Part shown: one piece after another, positions 47,791-57,151 of the stretch
How the letters are laid out: each line of letters begins with the position of its first letter
How positions within the stretch are numbered: the stretch's first letter is position 1
From: Candidatus Aminicenantales bacterium
GTDB taxonomy: Bacteria; Acidobacteriota; Aminicenantia; Aminicenantales; Saccharicenantaceae
Reading direction: 5' to 3'
Length of the DNA stretch: 64,000 nt
Assembly (NCBI GenBank): GCA_050015275.1
Contig: JBEKBS010000006.1
Coordinates: forward strand, 2,733 to 66,732
The notes under the pieces: generated by a model
The model's database searches: none
What the model was told of the DNA's origin: nothing
What the model saw: the letters and a program-made list of their open reading frames with translations, nothing else
Position numbers and translations under genes: made by a program

Positions 47791-48639
47791 TCAAAAAAGG
47801 CTCTCCGGCACGTAGACCGTGTCGTTTTCCTTGAGCGGGATGTCCTTGGTCTTTCCCTTGAGGATATTCTTGACATTGACGTCGAGCTCGATGTCCCGGC
47901 CCGCCGCGTCCTTTCTCCGGATCTTGATGCCGCTCCTGGCGGCCCGGTCGGAGAAGCCGCCGGCCTGGGCGATGGCCTGGAGGAGGGTCGGGATGCTCGA
48001 CCGCTTGACCTGCAGCGCGCCCGGGTTCTTGACCTGGCCGAAGACGTAGATGAGGACGACCTTGTCGACGGGGATGGTGATGATGTCGTTGGGCTCGAGG
48101 GGGATGTTGAGCCGAGCCTCCCCTTTGACGAACAAGTCGTCGACCGAGATCCGGATCGAGGTGCCGGACCCATCGGCCGACTGCCGGATGACGATGATCT
48201 CGTTGCCGGCGTCCCGGGTCATCCCGCCGGCCTGGGAGATGATCGACATGATCGTCTGCCGGCCCAGGAGTTCGTAGGGGCCCGGCTTTTCGACGGCGCC
48301 CAGGACAGAGACGCGCTTGCTCTTGTACTCCAGGATGAAGACCGAGACCTGCGGGTTGATGATGTATTTCTCACCCAGCACCATGATGAGCTTCTTTTCA
48401 ACCTCGTGCTGGGTCAGGTTGTTGACGTCCACCTCTCCGACGAGGGGCAGCGTGACCCGGCCGTCCTCCGAGACGCGGACGACAAGCTTGGTGATCTCCG
48501 GGACGCCCATGGCCGTGACCTCGAGGAGGTCCTTGGGCCCGACCCGGTATTCGGTGCTGGCCTGCTCGTCCGCGGCGACAGCCGTCCCGAGCACCAGGAA
48601 GAGGCCGATGGCCAGGATCGCTCTGATATGAGTTCTCAT
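47791..48639 (-). CDS. wza: polysaccharide export outer-membrane protein (Wza-like, Poly_export + SLBB)
   Basis: Start trimmed to MRTHIRAILAIGLFLVLGTAVA with AGGAG upstream. Poly_export motif YRVGPKDLLEVTAMGVPE. SLBB-like repeats. Confidence 0.8.
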   Translation of the reverse strand: MRTHIRAILAIGLFLVLGTAVAADEQASTEYRVGPKDLLEVTAMGVPEITKLVVRVSEDGRVTLPLVGEVDVNNLTQHEVEKKLIMVLGEKYIINPQVSVFILEYKSKRVSVLGAVEKPGPYELLGRQTIMSIISQAGGMTRDAGNEIIVIRQSADGSGTSIRISVDDLFVKGEARLNIPLEPNDIITIPVDKVVLIYVFGQVKNPGALQVKRSSIPTLLQAIAQAGGFSDRAARSGIKIRRKDAAGRDIELDVNVKNILKGKTKDIPLKENDTVYVPESLF

Positions 48640-48662
48640 GTCCGACTCCTGCGGGCCGCTCC

Positions 48663-49925
48663 TCAAAAATCGTAAGCGAGGGCGGCCCCGATGAAATTCC
48701 TGTCGATGTCGAAACCCGGCGCGTTGGACGTCCGCCGATAAATATTGTAACCGATGGACAAGCCCGTGCTCCCGGTGATCCGGACCGCCAGCCCGGCCGA
48801 GAAGACGCGGTTGATGTCCCTGCGGTCGGCGACCAGGTAGGGCGCGCCGTGGAACCAGACCTCCTGCGCCTCGGGATAGGCCAAGGCCCCGAGCTGACAG
48901 CTTCCCTCGAGCCGCAGGAAGGGGAGGATGTAAAAGGCGAGGCCGCCGCGGACGCGGTCCTCGATGTAATAATACGCCGTATCGATGTAAGAGAAGTAAT
49001 TGTCCCGGGTGTAGGCGAGGCTGAGCCCGACCCGGCCCGTCCGGAGGGCCACGTCCGTGTCGGCGACCAGCCCGGAGAAACTTTTCAGCCCCTCGGTCCG
49101 CGGGATGAACCTCTTGTATCCCAGGGCGATCGTCCCCCTGGCCCGGCCGAGGAGCGGAAAGCGGAACCCGCCGTAGGTCTGGTAAGAACGGGCGTTCCGC
49201 CATGACGACGCCGGGTCCAGAAAATCATAATCCGTGGCCCCGGCGGTCGCGAAAATCGAACTGCGGGAAAAGACGCGGTAATAGAACTCGAAGGCGGCGG
49301 TCCTCTCCCGGTGGTCCAAGGCGCGCGAGATCTCGTCCTCAGGGTCCGGGAGGCTTGCATTGTTGTATGCGTAATCTTCCAGGGACCCCGAGAGCCCGAT
49401 GGCCGTGCCGCGGGGCGTCTCGAAAAAGAGGTGGGCGCTCCAGCCTTTCCGGAGGTCTCTGACCGGCGTCCCGAGCTCGCTCGTGGCCGGCTGGAAATGC
49501 TCGAGAAAATGGTAATCGCCGGAAAGCGCCAGCCTGCGGAGGAGGAACAGCCGGACCGCGGGGACGAAACTGTTGACCAGCGTCCGGAGATCCTTCTCCT
49601 TGAGATAGAAGCTCCACTCCGGGTTCTCTGTGACCGAAACGAGGGCCGAGCTGCCGAGGAGCCAGTAGCCCTTGACTTCCGGGGAGAGCGTCGCCGTGTA
49701 ATCGGCGACGGCCGGGTCCTGCTTGTCCGCGTAATAGACGTTCGAATCGTAGCCGACGTTCGCGAGCCGGAAGGCCGGCAGGACCTTGAGCGGCCCGAGC
49801 TGGACCCCGGACTTCGCCCGGACCTCGTCGTACTCCTCCGCGAACGTCCGGTAGGTCTGGGCGGCCAGCCGTCCGGCCGAAGCGGCCAGGACGACGGCCA
49901 GGGCCAGGATCTCGTATCTTTTCAT
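48663..49925 (-). CDS. putative outer-membrane beta-barrel protein associated with polysaccharide export
   Basis: Signal peptide MKRYEILALAVVLAASAGRLAAQ. Alternating hydrophobic beta-strand pattern rich in Y/F/G. C-terminal residue is F (...GAALAYDF). Confidence 0.55.
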   Translation of the reverse strand: MKRYEILALAVVLAASAGRLAAQTYRTFAEEYDEVRAKSGVQLGPLKVLPAFRLANVGYDSNVYYADKQDPAVADYTATLSPEVKGYWLLGSSALVSVTENPEWSFYLKEKDLRTLVNSFVPAVRLFLLRRLALSGDYHFLEHFQPATSELGTPVRDLRKGWSAHLFFETPRGTAIGLSGSLEDYAYNNASLPDPEDEISRALDHRERTAAFEFYYRVFSRSSIFATAGATDYDFLDPASSWRNARSYQTYGGFRFPLLGRARGTIALGYKRFIPRTEGLKSFSGLVADTDVALRTGRVGLSLAYTRDNYFSYIDTAYYYIEDRVRGGLAFYILPFLRLEGSCQLGALAYPEAQEVWFHGAPYLVADRRDINRVFSAGLAVRITGSTGLSIGYNIYRRTSNAPGFDIDRNFIGAALAYDF

Positions 49926-49959
49926 TCTGGTTCTTACGGCCGCGATCTAGCGGGCCGGT

Positions 49960-51198
49960 TCAGGAAAGGCTTCCGTCGCCGAGCGTATCTTTCATGGTCC
50001 GGAAGAATCTCATGAAGGAAAGCCGTTGGAGGAGGGCGAAGATCAGCCCGGAGTGCCAATCGAAATCGGCGGTGTCGCGGATGATCGGGATGATCCCGTC
50101 GGTCTGGGCCAGATGAAAGAGGCCTTCGACCTGGCCGTCGCTCAGGCGGGAGCACGTCCGCCGCGTGTAGTAGCCGACGAGGATCTCCCGTTGGATGGCC
50201 TTCCGCCACCGGGCCTCGTAGCCGGCCAGGGCCGCGGCCCCGAAGGACGACCTCTCGAAGCATTCCCGGACGGCCTCCGCCGCCAGATCGGCGCAGAGGA
50301 GTCCGTAGCTGATCCCGCCGCCGGTCGTCGTCTTGATCTGACCGGCCGCTTCCCCCACCGAGAGGACCCGGTCCCCGGTCGTCCGGGCCAGGAGACCCTG
50401 GGCGACGGCCTTCGTCCTGATCTCGGCCGCGCCGGGATTGCCGGCGGCCGGCGTGGGACTTTCGTCCAGGAGCTTCCGAAGAAGGGGCCTCGGGTCTTTC
50501 CTCGTCAGGAGGCCCACCCGGGCCCTGTCCCCGGCCGGGACAGACCAGGCGAAGGCGCCGGGGGCCACGCTCCGGCCGAAGTAGATCGTCGTCAGGTCCC
50601 GTCCGGCGATGGGGACCTCGACCTGGGCCCCCTTGAGAAAGGTCCGGGGAAAGGAGAGCCCGGCTTTTTTCTGGAGGCTGTGATCCACTCCGGAGGCGAT
50701 GACGGCCATGGCCGCGGTGTGGCGGACCGATTCCTGCCCGCTCGTCCTGACCGTCACCCGGACCCCGCCGGGCTCGACCGAGATGTCGTCGGCCCTGGAT
50801 CCGAGGCTGAGGACGGCCCCCGCGCGGACGGCGGAGGCCGCTAGTCCCGAGTCGAGCTTCTCCCTGTCCACGACACAGGCGAACGGCCGGGGATGACGGT
50901 ACGTCACGGCCGTACCGAACGGAGAGACGAGCCGGGCCTCCCGGATCTCCTGGATGACGGAGCCCGGGTTGAGCCCGAAGCTCGCGAAGACCTCTTTGCC
51001 GACGATCCCCGTGCAGACGACGTTCACGCCGACCCTGGCCTTTTTTTCGAGGACGAGGACGTCCAGCCCTTTCTCGGCCAGGCGTGCGGCCAGGCGAAGA
51101 CCGCTCGGCCCGCCGCCGATGACCAGCACGTCCTTCCGCTTTTCCGTCTTCAACGCACTCTTCTCCAAGCTCAGACCTTGTCCTCGCGGGACTCCCAC
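49960..51198 (-). CDS. FAD-dependent geranylgeranyl-reductase-family oxidoreductase
   Basis: KDVLVIGGGPSGLRLAARLAEKGLDVLVLEK plus a ...CTGIVGKEVF GGR-type motif and a C-terminal ...GEAAGQIKTTTGGGISYGL. An alternative TTG start at 51153 (M/LKTEKRKDVLVIGGG) has GGAGAAGAG upstream and would remove the 28-nt overlap with the upstream gene. Confidence 0.7.
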   Translation of the reverse strand: MGVPRGQGLSLEKSALKTEKRKDVLVIGGGPSGLRLAARLAEKGLDVLVLEKKARVGVNVVCTGIVGKEVFASFGLNPGSVIQEIREARLVSPFGTAVTYRHPRPFACVVDREKLDSGLAASAVRAGAVLSLGSRADDISVEPGGVRVTVRTSGQESVRHTAAMAVIASGVDHSLQKKAGLSFPRTFLKGAQVEVPIAGRDLTTIYFGRSVAPGAFAWSVPAGDRARVGLLTRKDPRPLLRKLLDESPTPAAGNPGAAEIRTKAVAQGLLARTTGDRVLSVGEAAGQIKTTTGGGISYGLLCADLAAEAVRECFERSSFGAAALAGYEARWRKAIQREILVGYYTRRTCSRLSDGQVEGLFHLAQTDGIIPIIRDTADFDWHSGLIFALLQRLSFMRFFRTMKDTLGDGSLS

Positions 51199-52277
51199 TT
51201 GCCGCGGAACGTGATCCAGAACGAGAGAAAGATGAGCTCGAGGTCCAGCCAGAAGCTCATCTTCTTGATGTAGAAAAGGTCATAGCGGAATTTCCTCCGC
51301 CTCGGCGTCCCGCCCGGCAGGAAGACCTGAGCGAGGCCCGTCAATCCCGGCCGGACCTCGTGGCGCTCCCGGAAGCCGGCGATCGTCTCGATCGATCTCG
51401 CCGCCGGGTCCCCGCCGACCTCGAGCTCGTTCGGCCTCAGGGCCCGGGGGCCGACAAAACTCATGTCTCCCCTGAAAATGTTGAGAAGCTGGGGGAGCTC
51501 GTCCATGGCCGTGGCCCGCAGGATGCGGCCGACCCTCGTCACCCTGGGATCGTTCTCGGAGGCCTGGACGGGGCCCCGGTCCTTCTCGGCGTCCCGGACC
51601 ATCGACCGGAATTTGAGGGCCCTGAAGGTCCGGCCGCCGCGGCCCACGCGTTCCTGCGAATAAAAGACCGGGCCCCGGTCCTCGAGCCAGACGGTCAGGG
51701 CAATGACCGCCCAGAGCGGCGACGAGAGGAAAAGGCCCGCGGAGGAGAGAGCGAGGTCGAAAGGCCGCTTGAGAAAAAGGGCGCGGCGGGAGGAGTTCGG
51801 GCCTCGGGCGGGGACCCGCCCCTCGTCCAGACTCCTGGCCCTCCAGGCCGTCAGGGCCAGCGCCAGGAGGATCCCGGCGCAATCCACCGCCCAGTCGAAG
51901 GGGCTCCCGAAGCGGTGCGGGACAAAGGATTGGAGGAACTCATCGACGAACCCATAAACGATGGCGACGGCCGCGGCCCGGACAAGAGAGGCCGGGCTCC
52001 ATCTCGGCCCGCGCCCGCCCCGGAAGGCGCGATACAAGAGGAAGGCCATGAAACCGTAGGTGAAGAAGTGGCCGGATTTTCGGAAGATGACGTAGCCCAG
52101 TCCGGCCGCGTGACGGGACGCGTGAGGGAAGGCCCACCGGAACGCCGCCATGAAGAATTCGTAGGTTTTGCTGCTCGCCAGGGCCTTGTTGCCGACGGGA
52201 AAGATGAGGGCCATCAGGACGAGAGGGGGCAGGAAATATTTCCAAAACTTTTTCATCGGCGAATCCGGTTTCCTCAT
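51171..52277 (-). CDS. fusion of a VanZ-like membrane domain and an undecaprenyl-phosphate sugar phosphotransferase (priming GT, bacterial sugar transferase family)
   Basis: N-terminal VanZ-like segment (FFTYGFMAFLLY...VYGFVDEFLQSFVPHRFGSPFDWAVDCAG). C-terminal PGT catalytic domain (RPFDLALSSAGLFLSSPLWAVIALTVWLEDRGPVFYSQERVGRGGRTFRALKFRSM...DELPQLLNIFRGDMSFVGPRA). The ATG at 52277 overlaps the upstream stop (ATGA); an alternative ATG lies at 52256. Confidence 0.8.
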   Translation of the reverse strand: MRKPDSPMKKFWKYFLPPLVLMALIFPVGNKALASSKTYEFFMAAFRWAFPHASRHAAGLGYVIFRKSGHFFTYGFMAFLLYRAFRGGRGPRWSPASLVRAAAVAIVYGFVDEFLQSFVPHRFGSPFDWAVDCAGILLALALTAWRARSLDEGRVPARGPNSSRRALFLKRPFDLALSSAGLFLSSPLWAVIALTVWLEDRGPVFYSQERVGRGGRTFRALKFRSMVRDAEKDRGPVQASENDPRVTRVGRILRATAMDELPQLLNIFRGDMSFVGPRALRPNELEVGGDPAARSIETIAGFRERHEVRPGLTGLAQVFLPGGTPRRRKFRYDLFYIKKMSFWLDLELIFLSFWITFRGKWESREDKV

Positions 52278-53485
52278 GGAGCCATTCTCGTCAGAAGGTC
52301 GGCGTAGGACGGGAGGACCTTGTCCCTGGCAAAGTATTCTACGACATAAGCTCGGGCGTTTGAAGCATAAACCGCGCGTCTTTCCGGCGAGCGCCGCAGG
52401 GCCCGGACGGCCTCGGCGATCTCCCCGGGGCTTTCGGGAGGAGCCGACAGGCCGCAATCCCGTTCCCTGAGCACGGCCGCGACCTCGCATCCGGGAGCGG
52501 CAAGGCCCAGGATGGGCCTCCCTGCCGCCATGAAGTTGTAGAGCTTCGACGGCACCGAGAGCTCCGATTTCCGGCTGTCGAGAGGGACGAGAAGGACGTC
52601 GGCCGAAGCCAGGAGCGCCGGCAGGTCGTCGTAGGGCTGGAAGGGAAGAAACGCGACGTTCCGGAGGCCGAGCGACACGACGCGGGCCTTCAAAGACTCC
52701 TTCTTGAGGCCCTGCCCCGCGATGACGAAAAGGATGTCCCTCTCCGTTTCCAGGATCCTGGCCGCTTCGAGAACCATCTCCAGGGCGCGGTTGCTGCTGA
52801 TGCTGATCGTCCCCGAATACATGAGGACGAACTTCCCGACGAGCCCGTACTTTCTGGCGATCGGATTGTCTTTCGGGAGCGGCTTGAGGAATTCCGTGTC
52901 CACCCAGTTCGGGATGACCTCCATCTTCCGGGCCGGGACTCCCTTGGCCAGAAGGTTCCGCCGGAATCCGTCGCTGATGACGACGATCCGGTCCGAAAGT
53001 CCATACACCCATTTCTCCAGGCCCCTGGCGAACCGGATGCCCGCCGGGTTCTTCAGGATCCCGGACTCGATGGCCAGGTCCGGATGGATGTCCTGGACGT
53101 TGAGGACGACCCTGGCCCCCCTCAGATGCCTGGCCCAGAACGCCGGGACACCGAGCTGAAGGGGCGGCGTCCTCAGGAAAAGGATGTCGTTTTTCCCGGA
53201 GGAGAGCAGGTTGAGAAGGGCCCCGGCCGCGTAAATGTTCCAAGCCATGAGCCGGCCGAGGGGGTGCGGCGTCCTCGCCGCCCAGAACCGCTTGACGACG
53301 AAGCCGTTGTCCCGGCTCCGGGAATAGACGCGCCTCCGGAAACCCGGTGCGGGCGTCCGCGGGAAGGTCGTCACGACCTCCACATCAAGGCCCCGGCCCG
53401 CCAAGTAACCGGCGAGCTCGTTCATCAGGATCGGCGCGCTCCCGAAGTCCGGGAGGAAATACATCGTGTGGATGGAGATCTTCAT
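52274..53485 (-). CDS. glycosyltransferase family 4
   Basis: GT-B fold. The C-terminal domain carries a GT4 EX7E-like region (LVPLDSRKSELSVPSKLYNFMAAGRPILG). Confidence 0.8.
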   Translation of the reverse strand: MKISIHTMYFLPDFGSAPILMNELAGYLAGRGLDVEVVTTFPRTPAPGFRRRVYSRSRDNGFVVKRFWAARTPHPLGRLMAWNIYAAGALLNLLSSGKNDILFLRTPPLQLGVPAFWARHLRGARVVLNVQDIHPDLAIESGILKNPAGIRFARGLEKWVYGLSDRIVVISDGFRRNLLAKGVPARKMEVIPNWVDTEFLKPLPKDNPIARKYGLVGKFVLMYSGTISISSNRALEMVLEAARILETERDILFVIAGQGLKKESLKARVVSLGLRNVAFLPFQPYDDLPALLASADVLLVPLDSRKSELSVPSKLYNFMAAGRPILGLAAPGCEVAAVLRERDCGLSAPPESPGEIAEAVRALRRSPERRAVYASNARAYVVEYFARDKVLPSYADLLTRMAP

Positions 53486-54690
53486 GCGGACTCTTCCCGG
53501 AGAGGGTTCTTCTCGATCCAGATCTGGATATAAACCATGCAGGGCACGAGGAAGAGAAGGTCGACGCCGTAGAACGCGGCCGTCGACTCGAAAAAGCTCC
53601 GGGCCGCGAGGAATCCCAGGACGGCCAGGGACTCCGTCAGGAGGAAATTCTCGACTCCGACGGCAGAGGCCGTGCGCTGGATGACCCGGTTCTTCACGAT
53701 GATGAACCAGAGGCCGACGAAGGCCCCGGTGAAAAGGAGGGCTCCCAAGACCCCGCTCTGGATGAGGGAATGGAGATAGGCCATGTGGACGTGCTCCCCT
53801 TCGAGCATCAGCCTGTCGGCGTGGAACCCGTGCCCCAAAAGAGGCGACCGGAGCGAGAGGCTGAGGGCCCTCCGCCAGGTCGTCTCCCGGCCCGTCAGGA
53901 AGAAGGCGTTCTCAAAGCTGCCTTTGAAGCGCCAAACGAACCAGGCCTTGTAAAGGAAATAGAAAACTCCGGGGACCCCGGCGATGAGCCAGGTGAACTT
54001 CCTGTTCGCGACCACGATCAGGAGAGATCCGACGACGAATCCCAGAAGGGCGGTCCGCGATTCGGACAGGGCCAGGGCGACGGCCGAGACCCCCAGCAGG
54101 CCCAGCCAGAGGACGCGCTTGAGGAGCTCGGGCTGGCGGAGCCTCGATAGGGCCACCAGGGCCAGCACGCCGGCGAAGCGGCCGACCCCGTTGGCCGTCT
54201 GGATGCCGAGCCCGAAGGGCAGGCGATAAAGGCGCGGGTTGGAGGCTCCCATCAGGACCGGCCAGAGGGGACCGAACAGGTAGAAGACGACGAGAACGAC
54301 GATGATCGCCGTGTTGACGTCCATGAGGGTCATGGCCTGCCTCTCGGGGTCTTCCTGGTTGACCAGGACCCAGGCCACGAAGACGGCGGAAAGGAAAAGG
54401 GCCGCCCAGTAGGCCGACAGGAACGGGTCCGGCGAGAGGAAAAAGAAGAACCCGCCGATGACGCCGTAGAGGGCCAGGGCCAGGATGGGCCCCCCGGATA
54501 CGACCAGGGTCAGGCGCCCGGACTTTATCAAGAGCACGAGCCCGAAGACAACGGCGATGAAGGGCAGGAACGGCCTGAGAGCCAGGACAAAGCTCGAGGG
54601 GCTCTGGAGGAGGCTTTCCCATCTGAACCTGGAGACGTCGCTGTACATCCCGGCCCAGACGAGGATCCAAAGTGCGGCCGCGGCGATCAT
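53482..54690 (-). CDS. O-antigen ligase / Wzy_C-family polymerase-like membrane protein (copy 2)
   Basis: Start trimmed to MIAAAALWILVW. About 10 TM segments. Wzy_C-type loop (LSESRTALLGFVVGSLL...GHGFHADRLMLEGEHVHMAYLHSLIQSGVLG). The ATG overlaps the upstream stop (ATGA). Confidence 0.7.
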   Translation of the reverse strand: MIAAAALWILVWAGMYSDVSRFRWESLLQSPSSFVLALRPFLPFIAVVFGLVLLIKSGRLTLVVSGGPILALALYGVIGGFFFFLSPDPFLSAYWAALFLSAVFVAWVLVNQEDPERQAMTLMDVNTAIIVVLVVFYLFGPLWPVLMGASNPRLYRLPFGLGIQTANGVGRFAGVLALVALSRLRQPELLKRVLWLGLLGVSAVALALSESRTALLGFVVGSLLIVVANRKFTWLIAGVPGVFYFLYKAWFVWRFKGSFENAFFLTGRETTWRRALSLSLRSPLLGHGFHADRLMLEGEHVHMAYLHSLIQSGVLGALLFTGAFVGLWFIIVKNRVIQRTASAVGVENFLLTESLAVLGFLAARSFFESTAAFYGVDLLFLVPCMVYIQIWIEKNPLREESA

Positions 54691-55952
54691 GACGATGCCT
54701 CGGGCTCCCCAAGGGCCCTCCCATAGATACCCCGGAGGCGGTCCCCATGCCTGTCCCAGAGATAATAATCTTCCGCCCTCCGTCTGGCCGCCTCCCCCAT
54801 CGCGGCGCCGAGGGCCGGATCCGTGCGCAACGTCTCGAGGGCGGCGGCGATCTCGCCGGCCACGTAGGACGGGTCCCTGGGGTCGATCTTGAATCCCCAG
54901 TCGGGCTGGATATGGAGGCCGGGCCCGCCGGAATCGAGGCCGATCACGGGTTTCGAGGAGGCCATGGCCTCGACGACGACCGCCCCTCCCCCATCCCGGA
55001 AGCTGGGGAAGAGGAAGACATCGGACGACCTCATCTCCCGGAGCAGCTCCTCGCGGGTCAGCCAGCCGGCCAGCCGGACTTTCGAGTCGAGGCCCAGCCC
55101 GCTGATGAGGCGGCGGAGATTCTCCTCCTCGGGTCCGTTGCCAACGATGACGAACTCCGAATCGGGGAACTTTTTGGAGAAAAGCCGGAATCCCCGGACG
55201 GCCAGGGCGAAGCCTTTCAGGCGATGGAACCGTCCCGCCATGAAAACCCGGAACGGCCGCGGAGATCCGGCTCGGGGCTCCCCGGAATTCAGATCCTCCG
55301 GGGAGATCCCGTTCACCGGAAAATACAGGGTTTTCCCCTGATAGGCCAACGGGACTCTGTCTTTTGTTTCCCGGTTGCAGACCAGGACGGCCCGGGCGTT
55401 CCTCAGGCAGAGTCCCCGGACCGGATCGTGCCGGCCGATCCACTGGGCCGCGTTCCTGCCCTTTTCGGAGAGCCTGCCGCCGGCCGTGTATTCTCCGAGG
55501 AGGCCGCGGGGCGTCCGCTGCCCGCCTCCGACCGGACCCAGGATGAAGGGGACCGGGAGGAAGGCCCCGATATAGCTCGCGATCCAGTCGTTGCCGAACG
55601 TCACGTGGTGGGCGATGTCGAATCCGACATCCCGGTGGAGCCTGCGGGCCGTCCGCCAGGCCTTGACCTGCCAGAGATAATAATAGATGCGCTGCCCGAA
55701 CTCGACCTTGTAAAGCCCACCCAGGGGCCGGCCGAGATGAATGAAGTGGAACCGGACCGAAGGGTCGGGAGCCCTCGGCCCGGCCGGGTCGATCCCCGCC
55801 TTGTTGTAGCTGTGGGTCAGGACCCAGACGTCGTGGAACCGGGCGATCTGGCGGACGAGCCTCCATCCCGTCAGGTCTTCGCCGGGGTGGAGGTCCGGTG
55901 AGCCCAGGGGGTTGCAGGCGTAAGCGGAGACGAGGACCTTCAATCTCTTCAT
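54687..55952 (-). CDS. glycosyltransferase family 4
   Basis: Start trimmed to [20 protein letters not shown]4 C-terminal motifs (FLFPSFRDGGGAVVVEAMASSKPVIG). ATGA overlap on both sides. Confidence 0.8.
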   Translation of the reverse strand: MKRLKVLVSAYACNPLGSPDLHPGEDLTGWRLVRQIARFHDVWVLTHSYNKAGIDPAGPRAPDPSVRFHFIHLGRPLGGLYKVEFGQRIYYYLWQVKAWRTARRLHRDVGFDIAHHVTFGNDWIASYIGAFLPVPFILGPVGGGQRTPRGLLGEYTAGGRLSEKGRNAAQWIGRHDPVRGLCLRNARAVLVCNRETKDRVPLAYQGKTLYFPVNGISPEDLNSGEPRAGSPRPFRVFMAGRFHRLKGFALAVRGFRLFSKKFPDSEFVIVGNGPEEENLRRLISGLGLDSKVRLAGWLTREELLREMRSSDVFLFPSFRDGGGAVVVEAMASSKPVIGLDSGGPGLHIQPDWGFKIDPRDPSYVAGEIAAALETLRTDPALGAAMGEAARRRAEDYYLWDRHGDRLRGIYGRALGEPEASS

Positions 55953-57151
55953 GATGGTCGACCCCCGCCGTCCCGGCCCGGGGAGGGCCCGTCCTGCCGA
56001 GGCCACGCGACTTTCTCGTAAACGTCGAGGTATTCGCGGGCCATCCTTTCTTTGGAGAATTGGCCGACCCTCAGCCGGCCCGCCTGTCTGAGCTTCGCCG
56101 AGAGCTCCGGCGATGTCAGCACCCGGAGGATCGCTCCGGCGATGGCCCCGGCGTCCCCGGGCGGGACGAGGAGCGCGGCGTCCCCGACGACCTCGGGCAG
56201 CGACGAGACGTTCGAGACGACGACCGGCGTCCCGCAGGCCATGGCTTCCAGCGGAGGATACCCGAAGCCCTCATAGAGGGACGGGAAGGCCAAAACGTCC
56301 GCTCCGGCATAAACGCCGGGCATGTCCTCGTCGGCGACGAACCCTGTGAAAACGACCTCGTCCCCGAGGCGCGCCTCGTCCGCCTCCTTGCGGAGCGAAG
56401 CGTCGTCCCACCCGTTGGGCCCAGCCAGGACAAGGGCGTGCGGGACGGACGGGTTCTTTTTGAGGAGGCTGAAAGCCCGGATGAGGGTCACGAGGTTTTT
56501 CCTTTTATGGGGCGCCCCGACGTGGAGGATGTATCGCGCCGGCAGCCCGTAACGGTGCCGGGCGCGCCGGATGACGCCGGCCGGAACGTCGTCGTTCGCG
56601 AACGATACGTACGGATAGATGACCGAGATCTTCTCCTCCCGCAACGAATACCTCGAGATCACGTCCTGTTTCGTCCGCTCGGAATCGGTCACGATCGCGG
56701 CGGCCCCGCGGAGCGAGCGCGGCCAGGAAAAATTCCACCAGGCCCGGGACGCCGCGGATGAAGCCGAGGGGCTGACGATGAACGCCAGGTCGTGGACCGT
56801 GACGATCCGCTTTAAACCCCGCCCGCCCGGAAGCAGGGGCGACACGGAAACCGGCGAATGCAGGATGTCCAGGCCGCCGAGGCGCCCGTTACCCAGAAAG
56901 GCCAGCTGGTTCCAGGGCAACAACCTGCGTCTCGGCAGGCGGACGGGAGAGAGGCGCGTCCGGGTCGAGAGCGCCGCGAAATGTCCGGCCAGCTCCTCGC
57001 GGACGAAGAGCACGAACTCATGTCCTGACGGGACGCTCGCCAACCCCCGGACGAGCTGCCCCGCGAACCGGCCCAGGCCCTCCCCCGGGTCCGTCAGGTT
57101 GACGAGGTCGAGCCCGATCCTCAGCGTCCCCTCCGTAAGCTTCCCGTTCAT
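55949..57151 (-). CDS. glycosyltransferase family 4
   Basis: Start trimmed to [17 protein letters not shown]4 motifs ([40 protein letters not shown]). Confidence 0.8.
   Translation of the reverse strand: MNGKLTEGTLRIGLDLVNLTDPGEGLGRFAGQLVRGLASVPSGHEFVLFVREELAGHFAALSTRTRLSPVRLPRRRLLPWNQLAFLGNGRLGGLDILHSPVSVSPLLPGGRGLKRIVTVHDLAFIVSPSASSAASRAWWNFSWPRSLRGAAAIVTDSERTKQDVISRYSLREEKISVIYPYVSFANDDVPAGVIRRARHRYGLPARYILHVGAPHKRKNLVTLIRAFSLLKKNPSVPHALVLAGPNGWDDASLRKEADEARLGDEVVFTGFVADEDMPGVYAGADVLAFPSLYEGFGYPPLEAMACGTPVVVSNVSSLPEVVGDAALLVPPGDAGAIAGAILRVLTSPELSAKLRQAGRLRVGQFSKERMAREYLDVYEKVAWPRQDGPSPGRDGGGRPS

Noticed and set aside
46072..48675. 867-aa plus-strand ORF
   Set aside because: Antisense to wzc/wza.
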